A stretch of DNA of 56,222 nucleotides, counting the filler, from Dugesia japonica (lineage: Eukaryota), in the NCBI GenBank assembly GCA_001938525.1. It is 5 parts of 5 records of this genome, joined end to end, with 100 filler letters (N's around TTAATTAATTAA, not from the genome) between each part and the next. Parts side by side here need not be neighbours in the genome. Positions count along the whole stretch, not along the records: positions 11,540 to 27,605 come from MQRL01635056.1; positions 27,706 to 36,658 come from MQRL01578230.1; positions 36,759 to 45,378 come from MQRL01583129.1; 2 more parts are not named here. One strand, 5' to 3'. The position numbers and the translations under genes were made by a program. Positions 25,900 through 38,792 of this stretch are shown here, one piece after another. The notes under the pieces were generated by a model that did not search any database, was not told where the DNA came from, and saw nothing but the letters and a program-made list of their open reading frames with translations. The stretch's first letter is position 1; each line of letters starts with the position of its first letter.

Positions 25900-27605
25900 A
25901 TAGTGGATATATAGTGGAGCTAAAATCGAATATGAAGACTTTAAAGAGGAATCGGAAGAAATAAATAATTTGGTTAAATATAAAGATGAAAAATTGACTA
26001 TAGTAAACAGTTAAGATTGTATTATTAAAATAAAGGAAGATATATTAATAAATATATATTGTAAAGCTTATCCTTACAGTTTGATATTTGATAAAATTGA
26101 CAATGCAAAAAGATTCGGATACAATCAATTAATTAACGTCATTACTCGACCAAACTCTAATATTCTTTCTCAATCGTTTAAACCAGACAACTCTATAGAA
26201 ACATTAAAACTTAAAATATCTTATCAAATATTAACTAAGAATGAAGTAAAATTTAAGGATGAATTATACTTGTCGAATTTAGCTTAATTAGTGATTTATT
26301 TCTTAGAAAATTGTTCGCATATATTTAAAGATTTTAATTAAAAAGACGATTTAAGTTACTTTGCTTTACATGAAAATATAAATAGTGTTATATTTGATCA
26401 AATATTGACAAAAACATTTGGATTAGAAAGAAATCAAAATTTTCGCGGAGAAATGGTTACTATACCGGACTTGCAATTCAAAAGTGTAAGTAAACCTAAA
26501 ATACAAAAACATCAGCAAATCTTCATCTATAGTAGTATTGTTGTACCTATAATTGTAGGAGATGTTAAAGTTCCTCTTTTGAAATCGATATGGATNNNNN
26601 NNNNNNNNNNNNNNNNNNNNNNNNNNNNNNNNNNNNNNNNNNNNNTCCGATATATAGTGGAGCTAAAATCGAATATGAAGACTTTAAAGAGGAATCGGAA
26701 GAAATAAATATTTTGGTTATTAATAAAGATGAAAAATTGACTATAGTAAACAGCTAAGATTGTATTATTAAAATAAAGGAAGATATATTAATAAATATAT
26801 ATTGTAAAGCTTATCCTTACAGTTTGATATTTGATAAAANNNNNNNNNNNNNNAGATTCGGATACAATCAATTAATTAACGTCATTACTCGACCAAACTC
26901 TAATATTCTTTCTCAATCGTTTAAACCAGACAACTCTATAGAAACATTAAAACTTAAAATATCTTATCAAATATTAACTAAGAATGAAGTAAAATTTAAG
27001 GATGAATTATACTTGTCGGATTTAGCTTAATTAGTGATTTATTTCTTAGAAAACTGTTCGCATATATTTAAAGATTTTAATTAAAAAGACGATTTAAGTT
27101 ACTTTGCTTTACATGAAAATTTAAATAGTGTTATATTTGATCAAATATTGACAAAAACATTTGGATTAGAAAGAAATCAAAATTTTCGCGAAGAAATGGT
27201 TACTATACCGGACTTGCAATTCAAAAGTGTAAGTAAACCTAAAATACAAAAACATCAGCAAATGTTCATCTATAGTAGTATTGTTGTACCTATAATTGTA
27301 GGAGATGTTAAAGTTCCTCTTTTGAAATCGATATGGATAGAAAAATATGAAACTGATGAAGTAGTACAAATTATAGTTGAAAATCCAATGTTGTAGCAAA
27401 ACCCATTGCAACAACTTGTATAAACAATGTAGAAATTAATATTCACGATGATAGCGGAAAATTAATCAAGTTTGCAAAAGATTCAAAAACACATTTAACT
27501 TTACATTTTAGAAAAACTAATTTCTAATCCAGATATTATATCATTGTATAGTAACAGCCAAGCAGGTGGAGAATTGCCTTACTTTGTAGAAAAACAGTAT
27601 GGTTC
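25900..27605 (+). mobile_element. Polinton/Maverick remnant: minor capsid (penton)-like gene (duplicated, 743-bp period) and start of the next small ORF
   Basis: QMFIYSSIVVPIIVGDVKVPLLKSIW...NPM / INNVEINIHDDSGKLIKF...THLTLHFRK fits the Polinton minor-capsid pattern (FVYSDI..P.IVGD...PLLR...IEI.I.DD.G..I.F...TLHF). It is followed by SQAGGELPYFVEKQYG (QxGxG..F.G..QxG). In-frame stops present. Confidence 0.75.
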
Positions 27606-28099
27606 NNNNNNNNNNNNNNNNNNNNNNNNNNNNNNNNNNNNNNNNNNNNTTAATTAATTAANNNNNNNNNNNNNNNNNNNNNNNNNNNNNNNNNNNNNNN
27701 NNNNNTTTTATTCATATTTTTAAAGATAAATGCAGTAAAGAAAGTACTAAATCCAAAGGTTTTAAAGATAGAGATCAGCTATACAGCTCAGGTCAATAAT
27801 GAATATATTAAATTTAAATTATTGTTTTTACAAGGAACACAACATCATTACGCTAAACGCTTAACGTGGGAATAAATAAAACGTCTTTTTTAAATGATAA
27901 TGGAAAAGATTTTGATGTTATAATAAAAAATGTTGATATTTTAGATGCATTAAATCTAATTTCTTAAATAAATTTTAAAACTTACTTCAAAGAAACACAT
28001 GGTTATGATTTCACCGTTAAGAGAATAAAAATGATTTCAATCACAAGGAAGATTGATGAAATATTTATTGAATATATGCATTGAATTTTAATAATTTCA

Positions 28100-29075
28100 T
28101 TAAAATAATAGTTTCGATCAAATTAAATTGTTGTTTTATAGATATCCTCTTTCATCTATATTTCTTCATGTTTTCTCCTGTGAAGTGTAGAAATGTAGCC
28201 TGTTTAACTTTCAAACAGAAAGAAAGTAAAGTCTTCAAACACTTTAAACACAAACAAAATTTAACCAGAAAAACATCATAACAAGGGAAACGTTAGAACC
28301 AGGCTACATTTCTACACTTCACAGGAATAAACATGAATAAATATTGATCAAAGAGGATAAACCTAAAATCAGTGTGGTTTATAATAATTATAGTAATTAA
28401 TATAAGCATAAATTAAATTTATTAGAAAAAAATATTTAAAATTTTTAAATTTAATAAGATTTTAAAAATTAATGCTGTTTAAATTTACATTTATATTAAT
28501 TATAGCANNNNNNNNNNNNNNNNNNNNNNNNNNNNNNNNNNNNNNNNNNNNNNNNNNNNNNNNNNNNNNNNNNNNNNNNNNNNNNNNNNNNNNNNNNNNN
28601 NNNNNNNNNNNNNNNNNNNNNNNNNNNNNNNNNNNNNNNNNNNNNNNNNNTATAATTTCTTTTTTTAATTTAATAAAATTAATGTAGTTTATGATGATTA
28701 TAATTAAAATAAACTTAAATTAATAAAAATATTTTAAAACTTTTTAAAGAACAAAATACAATTTGATAATAAAACATTTAAAAATTTAAATTTTATTAGA
28801 ATTTTAAAATTAAATTTGAAATAAAATCTACATTTGAATTTAATTTAAATGTGATAAAAATGATCCAATCAAATTTTAATAAAATACAATTAATTTTGTA
28901 AAAATTTTTTAATATTGATTAAATCTATCAAAAAGAAGAAGACAATAGTCGAAAATTTGAATATCTAAAACAACAATTTAATTTAATCGAATCTTTTATA
29001 TAAGTCAAATCTCAAATGCGATCAATGGTTAAGTTCAACAATTATTCTCGCAATATTTGTAATTGTAAAAAAGAA
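28100..29075. mobile_element. Penelope-like GIY-YIG and terminal-repeat fragments in both orientations
   Basis: ESKVFKHFKHKQN and LIKEDKPKI-like segments; degenerate hammerhead GAAGAAGACAATAGTCGAAA at about 28935-28955; shared tail CGATCAATGGTT...CAACAATTATTCTCGCAAT. Confidence 0.65.
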
Positions 29076-29149
29076 TAATGTCAGGAACGTGAAAAAATAT
29101 GATGTAGATGTATTTACAGTGTTATTTGAAAATATTAGTTTTTTTGATA

Positions 29150-29990
29150 ACAAAGTTTTATCTTCTATCTTAATAAAATCAATAAAACTTTCTAGAATAG
29201 AAACTTTGTCATCTTCAATGTAGATGTAGCGGATAATTTGGGACATCTGTTCCTGATGAGGTTCCGTCAAAAATTATCGTGAAATATTTTAACGATTTAA
29301 CTCTATTCCTAATTGTACTTCTTACTTTGTCTCCCATTAAATCAATAAACTCGTTGTTTGATAAGTAGCTTACCAAGCCAGCCTTGTAATTGTTAATTGG
29401 CTTTCCAAATGCAGAGTTGTACTTACTAAGCAGTTTAAGGAAAGTTTAAAAAATTACCACAATTCGGATTATCCATTTGATCACTAGATCCATGCAAAGT
29501 TAGTTTATTTTTAGCACAAAAAAGAATTGTATCTAAAATTATATTATAAATACTATGCCACATTTTCTTTTCACTGAACGAAGCTCTTTGCAAACTGTCA
29601 TCAATTAATCCTTCTAATTTAAGACGTTTTTCCATTTGCTTCTAGCTTAGATAATTTTCACGGTAATCTTAGGAATTTTTGCGATCTTAAATTTGAGGAT
29701 TTAATATCTTTCAATTGTTAAAACCTTGCTTTGGTTCACGTTATTTGGACATTGAATTGCGTTTTTGAAATAAAATACATGAAAAGCAGTAAATTTTCTA
29801 TTCCTTTATATAATATATCAACCAAATCCTCTCTAAACATTCGTCGTTAACTAATTGATTGATAAACCAGTTTTTTTGTAAATTTTCAAGCATAGGAAAA
29901 GCAACTTTCGTAGAAATCCGAGTTTTTACTCCATTCTCAGTCAAATAACATTTTACTAAATTATTTTTGTTGGACAAGAACTTGGATTAT
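29150..29990 (-). mobile_element. hAT transposase remnant (ZMYM1/DUF4371-like, with TTF-type finger)
   Basis: EKKMWHSIYNIILDTILFCAKNKLTLHG...NCGNFL; HQEQMSQIIRYI...ILESFIDF; upstream YCFSC finger remnant. Confidence 0.8.
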
Positions 29991-30329
29991 TTTTACTTAT
30001 TTTCAATATTAATGGGTTATCTTTAGTATCAGTATCTCCTTTATATAATTGAAATTTAGAATGATAAAATACTGTAATCCCATAATTACCAACCCTTCTT
30101 CCCGGGAGTATATGTATATAAGATTGTACCATATTTACGGGTGCTTTTACAATAAATTTATTTTAACACAAAACAAGATAACTCAATAAATCATTGAATC
30201 AAATATCATCTACCGTTTTTGCGTACTCCATGCCATCATTTGAAAGCTTAGCAATACTTGTCTCTTAAGTACTTCGATCTTTCGAATCTAAATACTAACA
30301 AATGCGGGCTTTGAGTACATTCTCTGTTC

Positions 30330-30740
30330 TGAACTGAAGTGATAATGCAAAAGAGCGAGATAAGACGCATACACTGGATGCATAATCAGTTCCTAGTTGA
30401 ACACATCCTTGATGTAGCTTGTTGATCTTTTAGACCTATTGGATCTTGCGTTATCTTTCAATGGCTTAATAGACCTAACCCAGTCTCCAATGGATTCATT
30501 TCGCTGCACTTATTACACTGGTTTAATGCTTACAATACAACTCGCTGTAAAAATTTCTGTTGGGTTTAGCAACTTCCAGTTCAAGGAACCGTCCATACAC
30601 CAGACCTTTACGTTTTGCAGTTGTGATAATAGTGTCTTAATTCTACTGTGTGACACCTTGGTATCTAATATATACTATCCATGTGCTATTAGTAGTGTAA
30701 GGACTCGTTGTGTTATCAAGCAATTTTTTCATTTGTAAAA
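30330..30740 (-). mobile_element. Possible Gypsy-type integrase C-terminal remnant
   Basis: Only weak motifs (LVYGR, IGDWV) in broken frames. Confidence 0.25.
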
Positions 30741-30759
30741 CATTGACATTGATTGTTCA

Positions 30760-31600
30760 GATATTTTTTTATTTTATTGAATTTAAGTGGATAATTTATT
30801 ATTTTGAATTAATTGTTATAATTACATAGATGCTAGATTTCTTTTTAAAATTAATATTACTAGACTTTTCTTTCTGTGAAATGTGTAAATATAGCTCGTG
30901 CATGCTGTATTCCATGTTATATGATGCAGTTCTGATGATATTTTATGAATGTATTTAAAGTGATTGTAAACTCCACTTTAGTTATACTTGAAGTGTTCTT
31001 TTCGCTCAGACAATTCTGTATGCTTCTTTTATATACGTGTCTTTACATAAGTTGCATATTATTTTGAAAAGGAAATTTTTATTGCTTATATGTTTGTCAT
31101 CACTAATGCATTTAGAACTACAAAAGCTTAGTCTTGATTTTTGCATTAAGATGTTAAAGGGTGCTTGCATTATATGATATTATTCTATGATTGTTTTTGA
31201 GTTTAGATTTATGCATTTTATATAATTTGGCTATTTTCCCCATTAAAAATAGATAATTTAATTACAGTATTTGTTTGTTAATTTGTTTCATTTTTATTCA
31301 ATTTTAGATTTGAAGAGATATTTTGATGTAATTTTATTTAGATAAGCATTACTTCAAAATTTATTTTAAATAATTTTACAGAAATTAATTTAATTTCTTC
31401 ATTTGAAGATAGTTATGGTTCTTTCATGTTTAATTATACCACCTTTTTACCTGATGATAGTGTTACTATTCCAAAGTAAATATGTCCATTGTGAAATGTT
31501 TTCATTTAGAACTAGGAAATTAATATTTCACCAAGTTTTTTTTTAAACTAAATGTTATAGGAAAAATAGTGATCTCAATCATCTTGAAAATAACCTGATT
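30760..31600 (-). mobile_element. Older Penelope-like element remnant (RT thumb/linker and GIY-YIG)
   Basis: Minus strand KEHFKYN*SGVYNHFKYIH is homologous to the 3928-4149 ORF. Similarity extends upstream through the CSSKCISDDK linker, which resembles about 4190-4230. Confidence 0.6.
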
Positions 31601-34180
31601 GAAAATAACAATTTAGGCCAATAATAGCGTTAAATTAACGATTTTTTAGTTTTAAGGGAAAATTTGAATCTTCGCCAATAACTCAAAGTTATACGTAAAT
31701 AATATAGATAATACAAAAGAAAATAATATTATAAATTGGTGATAAAGTTTTGCAAAAGAATCTGAAGAATTTATCAAAAATTTTGGCATGGCGACACACT
31801 AAAAATTGCTTTGAAAAATGATGTCAGACATCAATAAATTCATCGTTTTCGACCTGATAGATTCTATAGGTACAAATTTGAATGGCTTTATCATAATTAT
31901 AAAATGAAAAAATCTCATTGCAAAGCCAAAAATTATCCTCCAAGAAAATATCTAGAAAAGTTATTTTCGAAAGAAATGCTACCATTTAAGATTCTGAAAA
32001 TATTATTTATTGCTTTGAAAGTATTACGCAATGTTACACAAACCTAATAGGTGGCTTCAGGAATTGATTTTTCACCGGAAAATTAAATCTAAATATTAGT
32101 ATTATAGGTCATTAAATAAGCCTCAAAATATGTCTTTTATTTTAATACTTTGACTACAACTAATTAATTTATTATTTATTTTTCAAAAAATTAAATGCAA
32201 AATATTTACTTGATTTATAATAATGAACTAAACTTTTTGTCATAACGGTAAGTAAACAAGTATTGATCTTAACTCATTTGTTAATTATTCATTAATGCTG
32301 GTAAAATGTTTTTAATGACTGATAAATATTGATAAAATGTCAAAGAAATTTAACTCGCAATCCAAACAAAATCTATTAAGTAACTTGTTTACATTTCAAA
32401 TACAACATTTGTTAACTTATTTAAATATTACAACGAACAACAATTAAGTTTAAATGATTATTTTAATTCAAATGATTAATACCTTTATTGGTATAATCAT
32501 TTTCATTGCAAAAGGTTATGTATGTTTTATTTCATATCTATTGTCTACAGAAGCCAGTTGTTTAAGCAACATTAAATTAATTGATATCAAAAATCAAAAA
32601 TAAACAAAGAACATAAAAAGCTCATAGCATTTAATCTAAATGACAAGTATTTTTAAGTATCTGCCATTCAATATAAATAACGATATAATGTCTAATTGGT
32701 ACAAATGTTGAGAATAAGTAAATATTTAGTTATAGATACAGAGGTTAGTGAAAATTTGTAACTAGATAATACGGACCTGTTGAACAATTACACTTGGGTC
32801 AATTGCTATGTACACTATTTGGCTTGACTGATGTTTGATCATAAATCAACCAACTTCCAAAATTTAAAATAAAACTGAAAATAGAATAAACGTTTAAAAG
32901 TGTTTACACAAGTACAAGGAACCTACGAATTCGAAAATATAATATAAATCATCGATTACAAAAACCAGACTACTTAAAGCTTTAAAATGATTTAATTTTA
33001 TAGATTAATTTTTTAAACTGGTTTTAATGAACGCAAACTTGAAATTTAAAAACTTCAATTTATTTGGATAATGAAAAAGATATTATAGAAATTAATAAAT
33101 ACACTGAATCTTTACTTAAATTCGTTTAAATCAAATGGTAATTAAAATTATATTTTTTATGATCGCGTATTCGCTTTTACGTCATTGATTGATAAAACAA
33201 TCAAGAAAAAAGTCAAAAGAAATATAAACACAGTAACTGAATGTGAAAAAAATAGTTAATATTAAAGTAAAGGATGAATTTATCACCAACGAAGATATTG
33301 AAATTANTATTTCAATAAAAAACTATTCGTCACAAATAAGCAGTTTAGAAAATCCGAAAAACATTAACTCAAGAACATTTTCCGATAAATATTGCAAATA
33401 AAATTGTTTTAATAATCAATGCGTACTCTGTAAGTGGTTTTTATATTCAAAGTACTTAAATTCAGTTTTTTGTGGACCTCGTCTATTTTTTTGTCGTAGT
33501 GTTCTTGATAAATTTCAAAATATAAAAGGGATAATAAATTGGCACCCTTTATCATTAATTTTAAAACGGTATGATTTGAGTAATATTTATATTCAAAATA
33601 TTGAAAAATGGTTAAAACTTGGGACTATACAAAAGCACAATTAAATATTAATAAAATATTTAATAGAACGACAATGATTTTAGATAAATTTATAAAATTG
33701 ATAGTTCTGATCAATCAGACGAGGACAGTTGCGGCTTTAGATGAAAATTGGTTATACGAATAAATATTTTTTTCAGTCATCGTTCTTTCATTGGAATGCC
33801 ATTTTAAATGTTGACTCACTCAAATCAATCTTAAGATAATTTTTTTAGTTAAATTAACATTCAAATAGTTAACTGAAACTGAATTGAAAGAACAGATTAT
33901 CAATGTTCGCTGTAAAGTCATAGAATATACAATTTTTCTGGTAGAAAAATTTCCAATTTTTACATTGTCAAATACATTTTAAATAATTCAGATTCAAGAA
34001 ATGAAGGAAGTATTATGATTCTATGGTAAGATAATATAACCAATCAATAAATACTCGAATAAGAGAAATTCAAATTTGTGCGAAATTTTTTTGTAACAAG
34101 TATAGACATTGATAATTTTAATTTTCAATTATTTCGGTGAAATGTTATTTGAGAAAATTAATCGTTAAAATATTTTTTTA

Positions 34181-34412
34181 AAATAAAAGCTTCGGTCAAA
34201 ATTTTGTTTTTTTGGTGTTTGATAACAATTCGATATTTCGACTTTGTCTTCGAAAAAGTCAATTGCTGACGCAGACAAAGTCAAAATATCGAATTGTTAT
34301 CAAATACAAAAAAAAACAAAATTTTGATGGAAGCTTTATTTTAAATGAAATCTGAAAAACGATCATTGGTTACGTCCAACAATTATTCTTTCAATAATTG
34401 CAATCGTTAAAA
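34181..34412. mobile_element. Inverted (back-to-back) pair of PLE terminal repeats with two damaged hammerhead motifs
   Basis: About 34181-34251 is the reverse complement of about 34271-34345. The + copy reads CAATTG-CTGACGC-AGACAAAGTC-AAAA-TATC-GAATTG. Confidence 0.8.
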
Positions 34413-34706
34413 AAATTTATTGAAATAAATATAAGTAAAATATCTAATCGATTCTAAGAGTTTCTAATAATTTATTTGTATTAATCAATAATAGATCAAT
34501 ACAGTTTGTATTATGTAACTTAATGAAGTTTTTATTTATGTGATTAACTAAATTTTATATATAATATACCTTAAACTTATGAAACTAATACAACGCGGGG
34601 CAAATAAACGTATTTTAAAAAATGAGAAAAATCTATTTTGATGAAGTTTTGACATAATTAGTACTTTTCGATTTTGCACAAAAATTGATATTTTTATTTT
34701 AATTAG

Positions 34707-35293
34707 ATTATTCTGTGAACTATTCTCAAACATCTGGATCAGAACCTTGCTTAAAATCTCAGTGTATTTGGAATAAGACGATAAGTTTGCCAAGTACAAA
34801 AAAGCTTTTAAATGTTTCATCAATAATATCTTCTGAAAAAAATTTCAGTGTTTCGAATCTCCTACACACAAACCCCATTGTGAATACATTTGATCCATTT
34901 TTATATCTAAAAAAATCTTTTCCCACAATGCCAAACCAACTGTTGCAGATGGTTCTTGATATAAGTCAAGGAAATTTGTGGACGGCTACTAATTTATTGT
35001 TCCGACAATTTTTTAACTTTGAGAGATTTGTATTTCCAAAATTACCAATGGATTACAGCAAAACTGGATTTTTAACACAAATTGGATCTCTTAATTTTCA
35101 CCCTGTGATTGCAACTAATGATTTTATGGAAATAAATTCTCTATCTGGAGAAAAACCAATGTTTCAAGAAGCTTCTCATGATCAAATAGGAAATTATACA
35201 TCTATAATTAATTCAAATTCTGTTGGGAATTCACAACAAATTCCATTTAGCAAACTATTTTCTAATACGCTAAACGAATATAAAAATAATTAG
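34707..35293 (+). CDS. Terminal exon encoding a DMA (DMRTA/CUE-like) domain and eh1 motif; Dmrt-like transcription regulator
   Basis: 192-codon ORF after the acceptor TTTTTAATTAG (34706). DPFLYLKKSFPTMPNQLLQMVLDISQGNLWTATNLL fits DMA (P.D.L.R.FP.....LEL.L..C.GD...A.E..L). FSVSNLL fits eh1. A candidate first exon at 34579-34609 is phase-compatible. Confidence 0.65.
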
Positions 35294-35688
35294 TAAACTT
35301 TTGAAAATTGAACTTGTTTAAATAAAATTTATAATAATTGTAATTCAATTTATTTAAACTGAATATTTTGATGAACACAAGAATCTAAATGTTTTATTTA
35401 CTTATAAATGAAGCAAAACACAAAACTATTACTTAAGTAATTGTTTAGGCAAATTTGACTTATGTGATAAATTAGGGATCTTTACAAAAATGACTCACGT
35501 AACTTTTGTTTTATATATATCATTTAAAATTAAAGCTTCGATCAAAATTTTAGTTTGTTTATTGATATATGATAACAATAAAAAACAAAAATTTTGATCA
35601 AAGCTCTAATTTTAAATAAAATATATATATATATAAGTAGATAAATAACACCCTTTTTTCACTCAGGGTTTGAAATTTTAGATGTGCG

Positions 35689-35800
35689 ATTTTGAGTGAA
35701 AAATTTTGAGTGAAAGATTTTGAGTGAAAGATTTTGAGTGAAAAATTTTGAGTGAAAGATTTTGAGTGAAAAATTTTAGATGTAAGATTTTGAGTGAAAA
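35689..35800. repeat. 14-bp minisatellite (TTTTGAGTGAAA[A/G]A)n, about 7-8 copies
   Basis: Directly visible; followed by three AAAGTGC(C/T)AT units at about 35884-35916. Confidence 0.92.
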
Positions 35801-38351
35801 ATCACGAATGAAAAATCTAGAACGAGAAACATGCAACATGAAAAATGTTAAATTGAAGTGGAGATATTTAAGAGGAATAACATAAAGTGCCATCAAAGTG
35901 CTATTAAAGTGCTATAGAAAATGGTCTTTGAATNNNNNNNNNNNNNNNNNNNNNNNNNNNNNNNNNNNNNNNNNNNNNNNNNNNNNNNNNNNNNNNNNNN
36001 NNNNNNNNNNNNNNNNNNNNNNNNNNNNNNNNNNNNNNNNNNNNNNNNNNNNNNNNNNNNNNNNNNNNNNNNNNNNNNNNNNNNNNNNNNNNNNNNNNNN
36101 NNNNNNCCTTAAATAAAGCATTAAGAGATTTAAATTTAAAATCTCAAAGAAAAAAATATCACAGATTAAAATATTATTATTATGAAAAAACAAATACATT
36201 TATAAAGAATCAATATGGAAATTATTTTTTTAATGTCAAAACAAAAAAGTTTGAGTTAATTCCAGAACAGGAAACAAAAATAACATTAACAGAAAAAAGG
36301 AATGAAATGAATAATGAGAAAGTTCCAATAAAAAGAAAAAGAATAGTTAATGCAAGGGCTGGTGGTAAAATATATTATGAAGATGAGATAGAAAAATCAT
36401 TAAATTCTTATAAAACACCTTAATAAAATGGAAGGTTTAATGGAAGATATAAAACAAGACAAAGAGTTTAGAAAAGAATTAAGTGAAGAATATAAAATGG
36501 TAGTTCATTCTTCTGCAAAAGAAAAAGATGTTATATTAAGAAATATTTTTCCACAATTTAAACAACTTAAATAATTTGCAGAATTAGCTGGAGATACAAT
36601 TTATGATTTAAAAATGGAAAATAGTGTATTAAAAGAAGAGATAGATAGTATGAATGCANNNNNNNNNNNNNNNNNNNNNNNNNNNNNNNNNNNNNNNNNN
36701 NNTTAATTAATTAANNNNNNNNNNNNNNNNNNNNNNNNNNNNNNNNNNNNNNNNNNNNAATACTTTTAATTTCTTTTAATCCTTCAAACTCTTTTAATAC
36801 TTTTAAATGTCTTTGATAACTGTTAACTTCTTTTAAAATTCCTTTAAAACTTTTTAAAATTCTTTGGTTTCTTTAAACTTCTTTACACATTCTTTAAATT
36901 TCTTTTTAACTTTATTCAACTTCTGATTTTTGCTTTTATCTTTTTGTCTATATAGTTCCGTTCTGGCTCCATAATTCTGACTTTGCTTTTCCTGTCAATT
37001 TTTGACAACTTCCATTTATTTCCTTTTTCTTATTCTAATTTCAGACATCATTTTCTAATTAAACTCTTGAATTTTTGTTACTCCCTACCTTTCTTTTTAT
37101 TATATTCTTTTTCTTTTCATCCTTCCGCTGAGAAATAATATAATATTTTAATTAATTAATTAATANNNNNNNNNNNNNNNNNNNNNNNNNNNNNNNNNNN
37201 NNNNNNNNNNNNNNNTTCCGTTCTGGCTCCATAATTCTGACTTTGCTTTTCCTGTCAATTTTTGACAACTTCCATTTATTTCCTTTTTCACCTCTTATGT
37301 ATCAAAATTCTGATTTTCATTTTTACTCCCCACATATTTCTCTTATACTAATTTCAGACATCATTTTCTAATTAAACTCTTGAATTTTTGTTACTCCCTA
37401 TCTCTCTTTTTATTATATTCTTTTTCTTTTCATCCTTCCGCTGAGAAATAATATAATATTTTAATTAATTAATTAATATTTTGTTTCTTTAGATTTACTC
37501 AAGATTTTAATGTTTCAAATACACTCATACATACACACGCATACACATACTTAAAATTACATTTAGAATACCTATTTACATTAGTTTTAATTATTTTATT
37601 TTTTTCACATTTATTAATTAGTTTTATTATTTTATTGGAATGTAATTTTACTCAATTTAACACAAACCTACCACTTTGAACATTGCCAAGTGTAAGCCCA
37701 AGGAAATATTTATTGTGTTTCTTTTAAATATTTTTTAAATTCAAAAACCATATCACGATTATTTTAAACTCGAATATATTAAAGATTTCTAAAAAACCCA
37801 TTTCCACCACTGCTGTATCATATCGGAAAAACTTCTAAATGCCGTGATACTATTTATATTTCTTTGTAAATGACTTCTTTTTTCGAGGTATTTTAATATT
37901 TTGAAAATTCTGTTTTGAATGTTAGAAAGAGACAAAAGTTAATATTGATTTTCACATAATTCATATTTTGAAATTGCAGAATTTTGACAACAATTTATTT
38001 TAAAGGATTTGAAGAACAAATATCTAAATTTTATTCTGAAAAAATTCATTAAATATATTAATATAACATAAATTTTAGATGTATTAATTTTGAAATTTTT
38101 CAAAGCGTATTTAGTTTTTTTTTATTTATGCATAAATTAATTAAATTAATAATATCTAATATTAGCTCTGAAGCAAGTAATTCAAAAAACCGTAAGTTTT
38201 CTTAGTTTTCAAACCTGCTTTTGCTTGCATTTTTACAGAAAATATATTTATAATTTATTGATTAAATATTTTACAAATTTTTAAAATCAGTTGATAATTT
38301 TTTATTACATTTAAAATTATTTTATTTATTCATTTATTTCTATAAATCTAG

Positions 38352-38543
38352 ATTTTAATTCCACCAAGACCAGGTAGAAAAGCGTCTAATCTTCAATTGT
38401 TGCGATTTCCAGAATTGGGAAGAGAAGTTTATTTAGAAATGTTATCAATAGCTTACTATTCCCTTTTTAATGGAGTGGTTAATCGTGCATTAGAAGCCAT
38501 TAATGCGATAGAAGCGAGAGCAAATTTAGAGTTTTCTTTTGAA
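38352..38543 (+). CDS. FAM126: Hyccin/FAM126 (PI4KIIIalpha complex subunit), internal exon
   Basis: AG/GT-bounded 64-codon exon ...VYLEMLSIAYYSLFNGVVNRALEAINAIEARANLEFSFE, compared with hyccin [39 protein letters not shown]. A possible small upstream exon lies at 38166-38191. Confidence 0.8.
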
Positions 38544-38630
38544 GTAATTCAAAGCATTTATTTATTACTTTGATGTTAAGCTTTTTAATGATAATGAAAA
38601 TGATAATATTTGTACAACTACAATAACTGC

Positions 38631-38682
<52 letters not shown>

Positions 38683-38732
38683 NNNNNNNNNNNNNNNNNN
38701 NNNNNNNNNNNNNNNNNNNNNNNNNNNNNNNN

Positions 38733-38792
<60 letters not shown>

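Noticed and set aside
25905-27340. 743-bp tandem duplication as a biological gene amplification
   Set aside because: Near-identical copies separated by an N gap, probably haplotype or overlap mis-assembly. The same pattern occurs at 36955-37470 and 40960-41360.
31650-32100. Possible Merlin/IS1595-like transposase relic
   Set aside because: No intact diagnostic motif.
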